From the NCBI GenBank assembly GCA_038065415.1, contig JBBTRA010000007.1:34615-98614 (forward strand): a stretch of 64,000 nt of DNA. Direction: 5' to 3'. The notes beneath the pieces were generated by a model. That model was not told the origin of the DNA. It did not search any database and saw only the letters and a list, made by a program, of their open reading frames with translations. Made by a program: the position numbers and the translations under genes. The first letter of the stretch is position 1. Every line of letters begins with the position of its first letter. The stretch is from Patescibacteria group bacterium. Its GTDB lineage: Bacteria > Patescibacteriota > Minisyncoccia > Phycocordibacterales > PALSA-1337. Positions 1 to 9,029 of this stretch are shown one piece after another.

Positions 1-7
1 TAGAGAC

Positions 8-838
8 ATGGTCAGGAAGATCATGACCGAGGGTATAGACGAGCTCAACAAGAGTAAGCAGGCGGGCAGTGAGCGCGCAACCTACTACACCAGAGCAATA
101 CCCGGAATGCACTTTTCTACTGACATTGAGAAAGACGGTTTCCCTCTCCTCACCCTGAGAAAAATTCCTATCAAGGCTCCTGTTGCCGAGCAAGCGTGGT
201 TCATTCTCGGATCGAGAAAGCCTGATGACTTCCTACGAGACTACACCAAGATATGGGACCCATTCACCAACCCTGGTGACGTTGTAACTGTCGCCTACGG
301 ATATCGCTGGAGGAAGCATTTTGGCCGCGACCAACTCAAACAACTCATCGACCTACTCCGGGCCGAGCCTGGATCGCGCCATGCAGTCATAGTGACCTGG
401 GACCCTTCTCAAGACGGCCTCTCTCTCCAAAAGAAGAAGAACGTACCTTGCCCGTATACTTTCACCGTCAATATTATTGGTGGACGACTACACCTCCACA
501 ACATCGTGAGGTCCAATGATGTAATTCTCGGCGTCCCCTTTGATGTGTTCGGTTTCGCATTATTGCAGTGCATACTGGCCCAAGAGCTCGGTGTGAAGCC
601 GGGTATCTACAGCCACTCAATATCAAATGCACACATCTATGACTCGCATTTCGAAGCGGCACAAACCCTGATGCAACGCGAGAATGGTCACGAAAAGATC
701 ACGCTTACACTGCCAAACAACACCCTGACCAACATAGAGAATAGAGATTTCTCCGTCGTCGACGAGATAATTAAGAACCTGGAATCTCAGTACAACCCGT
801 CTGAATCGATTTCAGGAATCAAGATAGTCGCCTATTAA
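8..838 (+). CDS. thyA: Thymidylate synthase-family protein with atypical active site (possible dCMP methyltransferase); 5' end probably outside window
   Basis: GFPLLTLRK, YGYRWR, catalytic PC, RSND..LGVPF, NAHIYDSH motifs; frame is open back to the window edge. Confidence 0.9.
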   Translation: MVRKIMTEGIDELNKSKQAGSERATYYTRAIPGMHFSTDIEKDGFPLLTLRKIPIKAPVAEQAWFILGSRKPDDFLRDYTKIWDPFTNPGDVVTVAYGYRWRKHFGRDQLKQLIDLLRAEPGSRHAVIVTWDPSQDGLSLQKKKNVPCPYTFTVNIIGGRLHLHNIVRSNDVILGVPFDVFGFALLQCILAQELGVKPGIYSHSISNAHIYDSHFEAAQTLMQRENGHEKITLTLPNNTLTNIENRDFSVVDEIIKNLESQYNPSESISGIKIVAY

Positions 839-867
839 TCCCGCCCCGCCTAGATTATAATTCCCCT

Positions 868-1500
868 ATGTCCATCATCACCCGAACCGAGATCGTATCC
901 CGCGTGCAGTCAGGTTCCCTCGGCTTCAAGCCGAGCCTAGACCAATTCCAGCTTCATGAACATTCTGTCGACCTTCGACTGGGCTTCACCTTCATGATAC
1001 CCAAGATGTGGCACATGACCCCCAAGGGTCGCGAGTCGCTCGACATCACGCATTTCGACAAGCGCAACCACGAATACTTCGATGTCATCGAGCTTGAGCA
1101 GGGTCAATATTTCGATTTATTGCCGCAGGAATACATCCTCGTCTCCACCTTGGAAACAGTGAAGCTTCCCAATGATCTGATGGCAGTCCTCTATCCTCGC
1201 TCATCAACCAACAGGAAGGGTCTCTCGCTCGACCTCACCGGTATAATCGACGCTGGCTATGAAGGTCAGCTTGTTCTCCCCATCCGCAACAATACCCGTT
1301 CACAGACAGTACGCCTCTTTCCCGGTGAACGACTCTGCCAAGTCGTCTTCGAAGAGCTCAAAAGCGAAGTGACGCCGCGACCAAGCAAGTATCATCAGAA
1401 AGATATCATCGAGGGTGTACTCATGGAGAAAAAAGATGAGGTCGATCTCATCACTTCCGGAGACATCAAGAAGCTCAAAGAGAACTACAAAGTCAGCTAG
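868..1500 (+). CDS. dcd: dCTP deaminase/dUTPase-fold protein (catalytic Glu replaced by Pro)
   Basis: SVDLRLG, RSSTNRKGL, IDAGYEG, PGERLCQ, SKY motifs. Confidence 0.85.
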   Translation: MSIITRTEIVSRVQSGSLGFKPSLDQFQLHEHSVDLRLGFTFMIPKMWHMTPKGRESLDITHFDKRNHEYFDVIELEQGQYFDLLPQEYILVSTLETVKLPNDLMAVLYPRSSTNRKGLSLDLTGIIDAGYEGQLVLPIRNNTRSQTVRLFPGERLCQVVFEELKSEVTPRPSKYHQKDIIEGVLMEKKDEVDLITSGDIKKLKENYKVS

Positions 1501-1526
1501 TTTCACTAACCAAACCAACCAATTCC

Positions 1527-2033
1527 ATGCAAGTTTTCATTATAGCCGCAATGACCGCAGATGGATTCATCGCCAAGGACGAGAAGCATTCGGCATTCTG
1601 GACAAGCAAAGAAGACAAGAAAAGATTCGTCGAACTGACCCAGCGTGCCGGTGTGGTTATCATGGGTTCCACAACATATGCCACCTTGCCTCGCCCACTC
1701 AAGGAGCGCGTCAACATAGTCTACTCCCGCTCAAAGAATTTCGAAGGTGCAGAAACGACCCAGAAACATCCTATCGAATTGCTCAAAGAGCTTGAGAATC
1801 GCGGTTTCAAGGAAGTCGCCATCTGTGGTGGTTCGCAAATCTACACCATGTTCATAAAAGCTGGTGTTGTCGATCGCCTCTTCCTCACCATTGAGCCCCT
1901 TGTATTCGGCAAAGGCATCACGCTCTTCAACGAGAGCTTCAACCAGCAACTCACACTCGTATCAGCATCCCAGGGAGAGAACGGTTCACTGCTCCTCGAA
2001 TACAAGGTCAGCAACCCCGCTCCACAGGCATAG
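1527..2033 (+). CDS. folA: Dihydrofolate reductase
   Basis: AAMTADGFIA, EDKKRF, VIMGSTTY, RPLKERVNIV, ICGGSQIY; next to thyA. Confidence 0.85.
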   Translation: MQVFIIAAMTADGFIAKDEKHSAFWTSKEDKKRFVELTQRAGVVIMGSTTYATLPRPLKERVNIVYSRSKNFEGAETTQKHPIELLKELENRGFKEVAICGGSQIYTMFIKAGVVDRLFLTIEPLVFGKGITLFNESFNQQLTLVSASQGENGSLLLEYKVSNPAPQA

Positions 2034-2097
2034 ATTCTGTAACAGATACTCGAGATTGATGTAGAAAAAAACCGCTCACAAAAGCGGTTTGTTGCAT

Positions 2098-2565
2098 CTA
2101 CGCAGCTGCAGGTGTTGCGGGCTGTTCCGTTATCAGAGGGATCCGGTCACCGACGAGCAGTGTACGTTCAGCCATGCTCACGATATTGGCCACCTCATCA
2201 TACGCAAAGATAGACTGGACGGGTTGGCGCTGATTGATCTCATCGGACAATATCCGCACGACCTTCGTGCTTCGAGGCACAAAACCCCAGATATGTCCCC
2301 CTTTTTGCGACAGTTCGATAACTTGCCGCGCGAACGCCTCGGCATAATGATCGAACAGCACGATATTCACATCAGCGGCATCAGGATCCTGTGTGATGGA
2401 CGCTCCAGGGAGCAGTGAGATCTGAGTCATTAGCTCTGACACCTTTCCGAAAAAAGATTCTTCAGCGCTTTCAGGAATATCTGCAGCAAAGACCACGCAG
2501 AAAGATAATTTAGTATGTGTGCTCATGTCTGCCTCACAGCGTACCACATTTTCTTTTTCACACAA
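2098..2565 (-). CDS. Hypothetical protein
   Basis: 155-aa ORF filling the gap between two terminator-like hairpins; start uncertain. Confidence 0.55.
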   Translation of the reverse strand: MCEKENVVRCEADMSTHTKLSFCVVFAADIPESAEESFFGKVSELMTQISLLPGASITQDPDAADVNIVLFDHYAEAFARQVIELSQKGGHIWGFVPRSTKVVRILSDEINQRQPVQSIFAYDEVANIVSMAERTLLVGDRIPLITEQPATPAAA

Positions 2566-2567
2566 AC

Positions 2568-2594
2568 AAAAAAGACGCTTGTCGCGTCTTTTTT
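2568..2594 (-). terminator. Hairpin terminator after rplK (possibly bidirectional)
   Basis: aaaaagacgc-ttgtc-gcgtcttttt with A/T tails. Confidence 0.65.
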
Positions 2595-2608
2595 GAAAAA
2601 TATTTTTG

Positions 2609-3031
2609 CTATTTCACATCCACACCCATCTGACGAGCTGTGCCAGCGATGATCTTTGCAGCAGCATCGAGGTCATTGGCGTTGAGGTCTTGCATCTTCT
2701 TGGTAGCGATTTCTTTGATCTGCGCCTTGGTGATAGTGCCAACCTTGAGCGTATTCGGCTTGCCCGATCCCTTCTCCTTACCAATAGCTTTGAGGATGAG
2801 GCTCGATGCTGGAGGAGTCTTGAGCACAAAATCATAAGTACGGTCTTCGTACACTGAAATAACGACGGGAATCATGTCACCCATCATGCCCTTGGTGGCA
2901 TCATTGAACTTCTTAGTGAAGTCGCCGATATTGACGCCTGCCTGACCGAGAGTAGGGCCAAGTGGAGGAGCTGGGGTAGCTTTCCCTGCCGGAGCGATAA
3001 CTTTAACTTTCTTTACAATCTTTTTTGCCAT
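2609..3031 (-). CDS. rplK: 50S ribosomal protein L11
   Basis: [39 protein letters not shown]. Confidence 0.98.
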   Translation of the reverse strand: MAKKIVKKVKVIAPAGKATPAPPLGPTLGQAGVNIGDFTKKFNDATKGMMGDMIPVVISVYEDRTYDFVLKTPPASSLILKAIGKEKGSGKPNTLKVGTITKAQIKEIATKKMQDLNANDLDAAAKIIAGTARQMGVDVK

Positions 3032-3051
3032 GGTGGTTATTGGATACTACA

Positions 3052-3597
3052 TTAAACCTTCTTAACTTGCAAGAAATCGAGCTCTACGGGTGTTTCGCGG
3101 CCAAACATCGAAACGAGCACTTTGACCTTGCCGCGCTGTGTGTCCACCTCTGCAACCTTGCCTTCAAAATCCTTGAATGGACCATCTGCAACCTTGACCA
3201 GATCCCCTGTCGAAAGATCGATAGAATGCTGAGTGTTCCCTGTGTTCATGCGTGCAAAGAGAGCCTCGACTTCCTTAGCATCGAGTGGAACCGGAGCAAC
3301 TCCTGCACCGACAAATCCCGTAACGCGTGGAGTGTTGCGCACTACGTACCATGAATCATCGGTCACGATCATATCTACCAGAACATAGCCGGGGTATATC
3401 TTCTCCTCCTCTTCCACGCGCTTGCCACCCTTGACCTTGATCTTCTTCTCAGTCGGTACAATGACAGCAAAAATCTTGTCCTCCATTCCGAGAGACTCTA
3501 TGCGCTGCTTGAGGTTACGAGCGACAGCGTTCTCATAGCCGGCGTAGGTATGGATGGCATACCACGAGCGCTCGCCTGTTGTGTGTTGTTTGGACAT
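3052..3597 (-). CDS. nusG: Transcription termination/antitermination factor NusG
   Basis: WYAIHTYAGYE, YPGYVLV, VRNTPRVTGFVG, KOW GPFKDFEG, MFGRETPVEL. Confidence 0.98.
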   Translation of the reverse strand: MSKQHTTGERSWYAIHTYAGYENAVARNLKQRIESLGMEDKIFAVIVPTEKKIKVKGGKRVEEEEKIYPGYVLVDMIVTDDSWYVVRNTPRVTGFVGAGVAPVPLDAKEVEALFARMNTGNTQHSIDLSTGDLVKVADGPFKDFEGKVAEVDTQRGKVKVLVSMFGRETPVELDFLQVKKV

Positions 3598-3622
3598 GAT
3601 GTTGGTAAATTAGGGAGTAATC

Positions 3623-3799
3623 TTAAAAAAGGAGGGTGAGCAACTTCGAGAACACAAAATCTGAGACACCAAGAAGCGCAGCTACGACAACAGAAACGAC
3701 GATCACCATGACGGTGAAGCGAGTGGTTTGTTCGCGGCTCGGCCAATTGACGTGGGTCATTTCAGCGCGTGTTTCCTTGACGTATTCAGTGAATTTCAT
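3623..3799 (-). CDS. secE: Preprotein translocase subunit SecE (58 aa, not in ORF track)
   Basis: Hand translation MKFTEYVKETRAEMTHVNWPSREQTTRFTVMVIVVS...; V.WP motif, one TM, directly upstream of nusG. Confidence 0.93.
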   Translation of the reverse strand: MKFTEYVKETRAEMTHVNWPSREQTTRFTVMVIVVSVVVAALLGVSDFVFSKLLTLLF

Positions 3800-4091
3800 G
3801 TGTTTGTGCGATTGGTATTAAAAAACCCCGGCGGGGGATTACGTGCACATAGTATAGGATAAGTAGAGCAAAGTCAAGAATCGAAAAACAGCAGTGGTTG
3901 AAGGCACCCTCAACCCATACGAGCTCAGGAACTTTTTCTCCGGCAACTTCTTTTTTTGATGTGGTGCAATATGGCAAATGAGGGCTTTAAACCTCAACCT
4001 TTTAAAACACAAGAACCCATTTCTGTGAATGAAATGGGTTCTATGTGCACACACCTTTCCTCTATGGTCCGTGTTCGAGGTGAAATCCTTA

Positions 4092-4883
4092 TTATTTGAT
4101 CTCGTATGTGATCGTCACGTTACTCGTAATCTTCTGTTCACCAGTTGGTATCTCCGGTGTAGCTGTAGGAGCTGAAGAAACCTTGGCATTCATGAGCATA
4201 TCGCCACCCATACCTTCCCTACCATAGAATACTGGCTGATCACTCGCGTCATAGAAGCTCGTGATTTTCACAATCTTGACTCCGAGCTGCTTGGCCAAAT
4301 CCTTTGCCTTTGCCTGCGCATCAGCAATAGCCTTTGCACGTGCTTCTGCCTTAACCTTCTCGATATCATCGATGGAGAATGAAAGACCATTCACATTCTC
4401 AACATTGAGAGCTCCGATGGTGCTAAAGATTGCCCCCGCCTTCTCGAGATTGCGGATCTTAACCTCGACAGATTGAACAACATCATACCCGGTAAGTGTA
4501 GATTTGCCCGGTGCACAACGGTACGTATTGCAGTCTCCGCCGGCATACTCATAATGAGGATTGATTGAATAGGATACCGTCTTGATATCTTTCTCTTCGA
4601 CTCCGCCATCGCGGACAGCCTTGAGAGCTGCGTTGATGCGATCCGTCGCCTTCGACTGCGCCTCAGCAACAGTCTTCGCCGTCTCGGTTACACCGAAGGA
4701 GAATGTGGCGATGTCCGGAATAGATACCGACTCTCCCTTACCGTTCACAGAAATGCTGTTATACGCTGGCATCTCGTTATCGTTGAGAGATTGCATGCCT
4801 TTGATAGAAAGGACTGCAAGAAATACGACGAGCACGATCCCGACGAGGGAGGCCACTTTCCAAAACCGATCTTGTACGTTCAT
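4092..4883 (-). CDS. SIMPL (DUF541) domain protein
   Basis: N-terminal TM, ISVNGKGE..PDIATFSFGV, AIADAQAKAKDLAKQLGV, VTITYEI. Confidence 0.9.
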   Translation of the reverse strand: MNVQDRFWKVASLVGIVLVVFLAVLSIKGMQSLNDNEMPAYNSISVNGKGESVSIPDIATFSFGVTETAKTVAEAQSKATDRINAALKAVRDGGVEEKDIKTVSYSINPHYEYAGGDCNTYRCAPGKSTLTGYDVVQSVEVKIRNLEKAGAIFSTIGALNVENVNGLSFSIDDIEKVKAEARAKAIADAQAKAKDLAKQLGVKIVKITSFYDASDQPVFYGREGMGGDMLMNAKVSSAPTATPEIPTGEQKITSNVTITYEIK

Positions 4884-5000
4884 GATGATAGAATAATTAT
4901 TATTAATTGATATCTATATGATATCGCCTTATCTTGGCAGAAGGCAAGACGATGACATCGTGCCTTCTGCGCGTAGCATACAAGACGGGCGGAGTCGGAA

Positions 5001-5840
5001 TTACTTACACGCGTCAATTAAATTCTCGAAAAGCGCTGTCACCGTCATCTGACCTACTCCTCCTGGTACAGGAGTGATGGCGGAGACCATTCCAGCAACT
5101 GCCACAAAATCAACATCACCTTGCAGAGACCCGTCCGGCATCCTATTGATGCCGACATCGACGATGATCTGCCCCACCGTCACGTGGCGCGCATCAATCA
5201 GGCCAGGCTTACCCACTGCGACAATCAATACATCTGCTTTTTTTGTTTCTACAGCAAGGTCCACAGTCTTACTGTGACACACGATCACATCAGCACCTGC
5301 ATGTGCGCACACATGAGCGATGGGTGCTCCGACCAACTGAGACCTCCCTACCACAGCAACCTTCTTCCCTTTCAGTTCTATACGGTGATATTCGAGCAGC
5401 TCCTTCACGCCCCGTGCTGTGGCTGGAACTATCGCATCAGGAGAATTATGTGCCAACAAACTCTGATTGGTAGGGGTCAAACCATCTACATCTTTGCGCG
5501 GATCAATCTCGCCGATGATCTGATGCCGGTCGAGGTGTGCCGGAAGCGGCAACTGTACGATGATGCCTTGAATCTCCTGATCCGCATTGCACTCTCGAAT
5601 GTGTGCCGTAACCTCTTCTTGAGAGACATCTTCAGGAAGATGGATGTGTGTCGCCTTGGCACCAATTTGCCCCGCAAATACCTTCTTCGCACGTATATAT
5701 GCCACTGAGTCTGCCCTGTCGCCCACCTGAAGTATCGCAAGCTGAGGAACATATGAAAAAGCCTGTAGCGCCTGGACAAGCTGTGCTGATTTTTCAGCTC
5801 GCACGATACGACCATCCAATATAATCGGGGATAATGACAT
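5001..5840 (-). CDS. folD: Methylenetetrahydrofolate dehydrogenase/cyclohydrolase
   Basis: GIIVQLPLP, KDVDG, VGRSQLVGAP, DVGIN, TPVPGGVG. Confidence 0.95.
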   Translation of the reverse strand: MSLSPIILDGRIVRAEKSAQLVQALQAFSYVPQLAILQVGDRADSVAYIRAKKVFAGQIGAKATHIHLPEDVSQEEVTAHIRECNADQEIQGIIVQLPLPAHLDRHQIIGEIDPRKDVDGLTPTNQSLLAHNSPDAIVPATARGVKELLEYHRIELKGKKVAVVGRSQLVGAPIAHVCAHAGADVIVCHSKTVDLAVETKKADVLIVAVGKPGLIDARHVTVGQIIVDVGINRMPDGSLQGDVDFVAVAGMVSAITPVPGGVGQMTVTALFENLIDACK

Positions 5841-5864
5841 AGAAGGAATATAGCACAAAGAAAC

Positions 5865-6794
5865 CTATGAACGGGACCACCGGGCAAATATGCCCGCAGG
5901 CAAGAGTCGTGCAGGATCACCTTTCTCAGAGATAGCGAGTTCACCGATTTCAATCTCTCCCCCATGCTTCACCTTTAGATCCAACAAATTATTCTCGTAG
6001 GCAACCGCCGAATACCCCGCGGAGTATCCATTGATGATGAAAAAGAGCGGAGTATCCTTCAAAAGTTTCTTGCAGTCTTCGATCAATGGCAAAAAATGCT
6101 CCTCGATCTTCCAAAGCTCGGTCGCAGGCCCATGGCCGAAAGCCGGCGGATCCATGATGATAGCGTCGTACTTCCTGCCTCGCTTGATCTCGCGTTCGAC
6201 AAAAATGCGTGCATCTTCGACGATCCAGCGTATAGGTTTATCGGCAAGCCCTGAAGATTCAGCATTCTCGCGTGCCCACGCAACCGCAGCCTTGGAGCTA
6301 TCGATGTGTACAACTTTCGCACCTACCTGCGCACATGCGAGCGTCGCACCTCCAGTATAGCCGAAAAGGTTGAGGACTTCGATGTCATCACTTGGCGTCT
6401 CGGAAGAATTCGCTGGCACGGATATTTCCTTCTTCCCTGACAATCGGCCCTGAATCAACTTCTTCATCCAACTCCAATTGACCGACTGTTCGGGAAAAAG
6501 TCCTGTATGCTTGAATGCCGTCGGTTTGATGACAAGTTCAAGACCGGCAAATGAAATATTCCATTTCGCAGGTGTCGCCGTGTTCAAAGACCAGCCACCG
6601 CCCTTCTCTTCGTGAGCGAAGCGGCCGCCGGCTTTCTTCCACTCTGTAGCAGGCAATCGCTTGGCCCACAAAGCCTGGGGATCCGGACGTGCGAGCGTAA
6701 CCTCCCCGAACCGTTCGAGTTTCTCTCCGTCACCAGAATCTATGAGTTCATAGCCAGTAGAAGGATCTGTGATGAGAATGGCCGAAGTCTTCAT
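5865..6794 (-). CDS. Class I SAM-dependent methyltransferase (RlmI/K-related)
   Basis: YELIDSGDGEKLERFG, KHTGLFPEQ, LNLFGYTGG, IMDPPAFG. Confidence 0.85.
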   Translation of the reverse strand: MKTSAILITDPSTGYELIDSGDGEKLERFGEVTLARPDPQALWAKRLPATEWKKAGGRFAHEEKGGGWSLNTATPAKWNISFAGLELVIKPTAFKHTGLFPEQSVNWSWMKKLIQGRLSGKKEISVPANSSETPSDDIEVLNLFGYTGGATLACAQVGAKVVHIDSSKAAVAWARENAESSGLADKPIRWIVEDARIFVEREIKRGRKYDAIIMDPPAFGHGPATELWKIEEHFLPLIEDCKKLLKDTPLFFIINGYSAGYSAVAYENNLLDLKVKHGGEIEIGELAISEKGDPARLLPAGIFARWSRS

Positions 6795-7285
6795 TGTAAG
6801 ACAGCTGTATTATCTACGGTTTCTGTAATCATGTATTTCTTAAAGACAATATTCGCCAACACAAACAGGGCTATAGAGGTCACTGCCGAACCCAGACAGT
6901 ATATACACCATGCCTTGAGGATAAATGCTTGTACAACCAAAAACCAGAGAGACATGAGCAGGCCGAAGATCGTGAGGAACAAAGTCCATTTGAGGATCTC
7001 TGTTTTCTTGGTGTCCATATAGGCAAAGATACCGATAGCAATAACCAGATAATAGAGGGCGCCGAGTAGTGAAACCGGCATACCAAGAATCAACGAGTAC
7101 GAGCTTGTGAGTACAGTCTCACACCCAGAAACGACGGAGCACGGAGGTATGACTCCCTTATAGTGTTCAATCGTCAGATATGCCGCATCGACGAAACCGA
7201 GCACAGCAACGATCAGTATACCGACCGCGAAGCTAGTTGGAATCGCCGCGAGCCGCGTCGTCAATAATTTTCTTAAATGCTTCAT
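6791..7285 (-). CDS. Vitamin K epoxide reductase family (VKOR) protein
   Basis: C..SGCETVLTSSYS, WCIYC redox motif, 4-5 TMs; next to DsbA. Confidence 0.9.
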   Translation of the reverse strand: MKHLRKLLTTRLAAIPTSFAVGILIVAVLGFVDAAYLTIEHYKGVIPPCSVVSGCETVLTSSYSLILGMPVSLLGALYYLVIAIGIFAYMDTKKTEILKWTLFLTIFGLLMSLWFLVVQAFILKAWCIYCLGSAVTSIALFVLANIVFKKYMITETVDNTAVLQ

Positions 7286-7892
7286 AGCTTTGTGGATTAA
7301 CGATAGCTTTGCCATTAACGAAGAATGTAGGAGTTGAATTCACGCCGAGTGATATGCCCTCATCTCGATCACGCTGTACCCTCTTCTTGACCGAATCACT
7401 TGCGAGGTCCTTCTTGAAAGCTTCAGTATTGAGTCCGATGCGTGTAGCATATCCCTCGAAGACGCTCTCTGTATTCGGGAGGTTCTCCCATGACTTCTGA
7501 TTATCGAAGAGGAGCTGATACATCTCCCAGAACTTACCCTGAAGGCCCGCTGCTTCAGCCGCCTGAGAAGCGATAAAAGCATTTTTGTGCGGCTGAGGAT
7601 ACAACGGATAATGACGGTAAACGAAGCGAACTGTAGTTGTCGACTCGCTAAGCAGGCGTTCTACGAGAGGATAGTATATAGCACATGCCGGACACTGAAA
7701 ATCGCTATACTCGATGAGCGTTACCGGGGCATCTGCAGATCCACGAACATGGTCGGCCTCTGTAACAGGGGCTGGGGCACCGAGATTGAGACCCATCACA
7801 GGAGGCTTATTCATAGCAACGACTAATCCCCATATGATGAGACCGAACACTACGACGAAACCGAGCCAGAAGATGATGCGTTTTGTATTCAT
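7233..7892 (-). CDS. DsbA-family thiol-disulfide oxidoreductase
   Basis: N-terminal TM, EYSDFQCPAC, cis-Pro STPTFFVNG; start taken at MNTKR. Confidence 0.92.
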   Translation of the reverse strand: MNTKRIIFWLGFVVVFGLIIWGLVVAMNKPPVMGLNLGAPAPVTEADHVRGSADAPVTLIEYSDFQCPACAIYYPLVERLLSESTTTVRFVYRHYPLYPQPHKNAFIASQAAEAAGLQGKFWEMYQLLFDNQKSWENLPNTESVFEGYATRIGLNTEAFKKDLASDSVKKRVQRDRDEGISLGVNSTPTFFVNGKAIVNPQSYEAFKKIIDDAARGDSN

Positions 7893-7935
7893 ACCGGGCA
7901 TTATTGCATGAAAACCCCAATTTTTGAAGCCTGTA

Positions 7936-8385
7936 TCAGTGATGGTACTTCTCTCCCTTGAGTATGGTGCACGCGCGATACATCTGCTCGGCCAAAATGA
8001 GACGTACCAGCTGGTGCGGGAATGTGAGCTGTGAAAGTGCAATGGTCGTCTTTGCTCGCGCGCGAACCTCATCGCCCAAGCCATATGATCCACCGATCAA
8101 GAACACGAGAGATTTGAGTCCTTCATTCATTCGTGTCTGGATAAACTTGGAAAAATCAACCGAAGAATACTCCTTTCCCTTCTCATCAAGTGCGACAACA
8201 TGCGAACCTGTATCATATGTTTCCAGGGCTCTGGTGATGCGCTTCCCTTCTTCACTCGCATCAGATGCGGGAATGTATGTCCACTCGATGGGGATATAGT
8301 GAGCTATGCGTGATGAATACTCTGCGACTGCTTCATGTGCCGAGAAATCCTTCTCCTTACCTATGACGATGATAGCTATCTTCAT
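7936..8385 (-). CDS. rlmH: 23S rRNA pseudouridine-N3 methyltransferase
   Basis: FLIGGSYGL, LTFPHQLVRLILAEQMYRA, YHH end. Confidence 0.96.
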   Translation of the reverse strand: MKIAIIVIGKEKDFSAHEAVAEYSSRIAHYIPIEWTYIPASDASEEGKRITRALETYDTGSHVVALDEKGKEYSSVDFSKFIQTRMNEGLKSLVFLIGGSYGLGDEVRARAKTTIALSQLTFPHQLVRLILAEQMYRACTILKGEKYHH

Positions 8386-8936
8386 ACAAGCTGTGCGAAC
8401 CAGCCGATAAGATATATACCGAGCATGTTCATAACGAATGCGACAGGAATAAGGACCGTCAATCGAGTCTTGGAAAGACCGAGAAGGGCCACGCCAAGCT
8501 CATCAGGGAGCGGTGAGGCAATAATAAGGGCGCCAATCACTGGTGAGAGCCATTTGAGGAAGCCAAAATGCAAGGAGTGCATGATATGCTTCACGAATGA
8601 CGGCTTGAAGACATTGAGCAGATCAGCAGTGAAGCGATCACGGATGAAGAAGAACAGGACCAGATCTCCACAAAGTGCACCGAGTCCACCCCAGAATGCC
8701 ACCACTCCAATCGGCGTGTATGAAGCAATGTGTGTGAGTGCGATTGATGCAGGCCCAAGCGTGAATGCAGAGGTGAAGAATATGCCCGCAAAGAAGCTTG
8801 CAATGATACCGTTACCGAGGAGTGAGATGATCGCATCGAGGATACCTGCCTTGGACAAGAAAAGAGCGACCGCAAAGCCTATAACGATGAGCATGATGTC
8901 TTTGATGAGTTCTGTGCGTGCTCGTGCTGAGGTCAT
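8382..8936 (-). CDS. Multi-pass membrane protein
   Basis: About 5 TMs, SPLPDELG motif. Confidence 0.75.
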   Translation of the reverse strand: MTSARARTELIKDIMLIVIGFAVALFLSKAGILDAIISLLGNGIIASFFAGIFFTSAFTLGPASIALTHIASYTPIGVVAFWGGLGALCGDLVLFFFIRDRFTADLLNVFKPSFVKHIMHSLHFGFLKWLSPVIGALIIASPLPDELGVALLGLSKTRLTVLIPVAFVMNMLGIYLIGWFAQLV

Positions 8937-9029
8937 GTTAGTGTATTTCCTATTATGTCATATACATAAAAGCCCTGCACATGGTGCAGGGCGAAGCTTC
9001 TTACAATATTTACTGATCGGCAACCAAAC

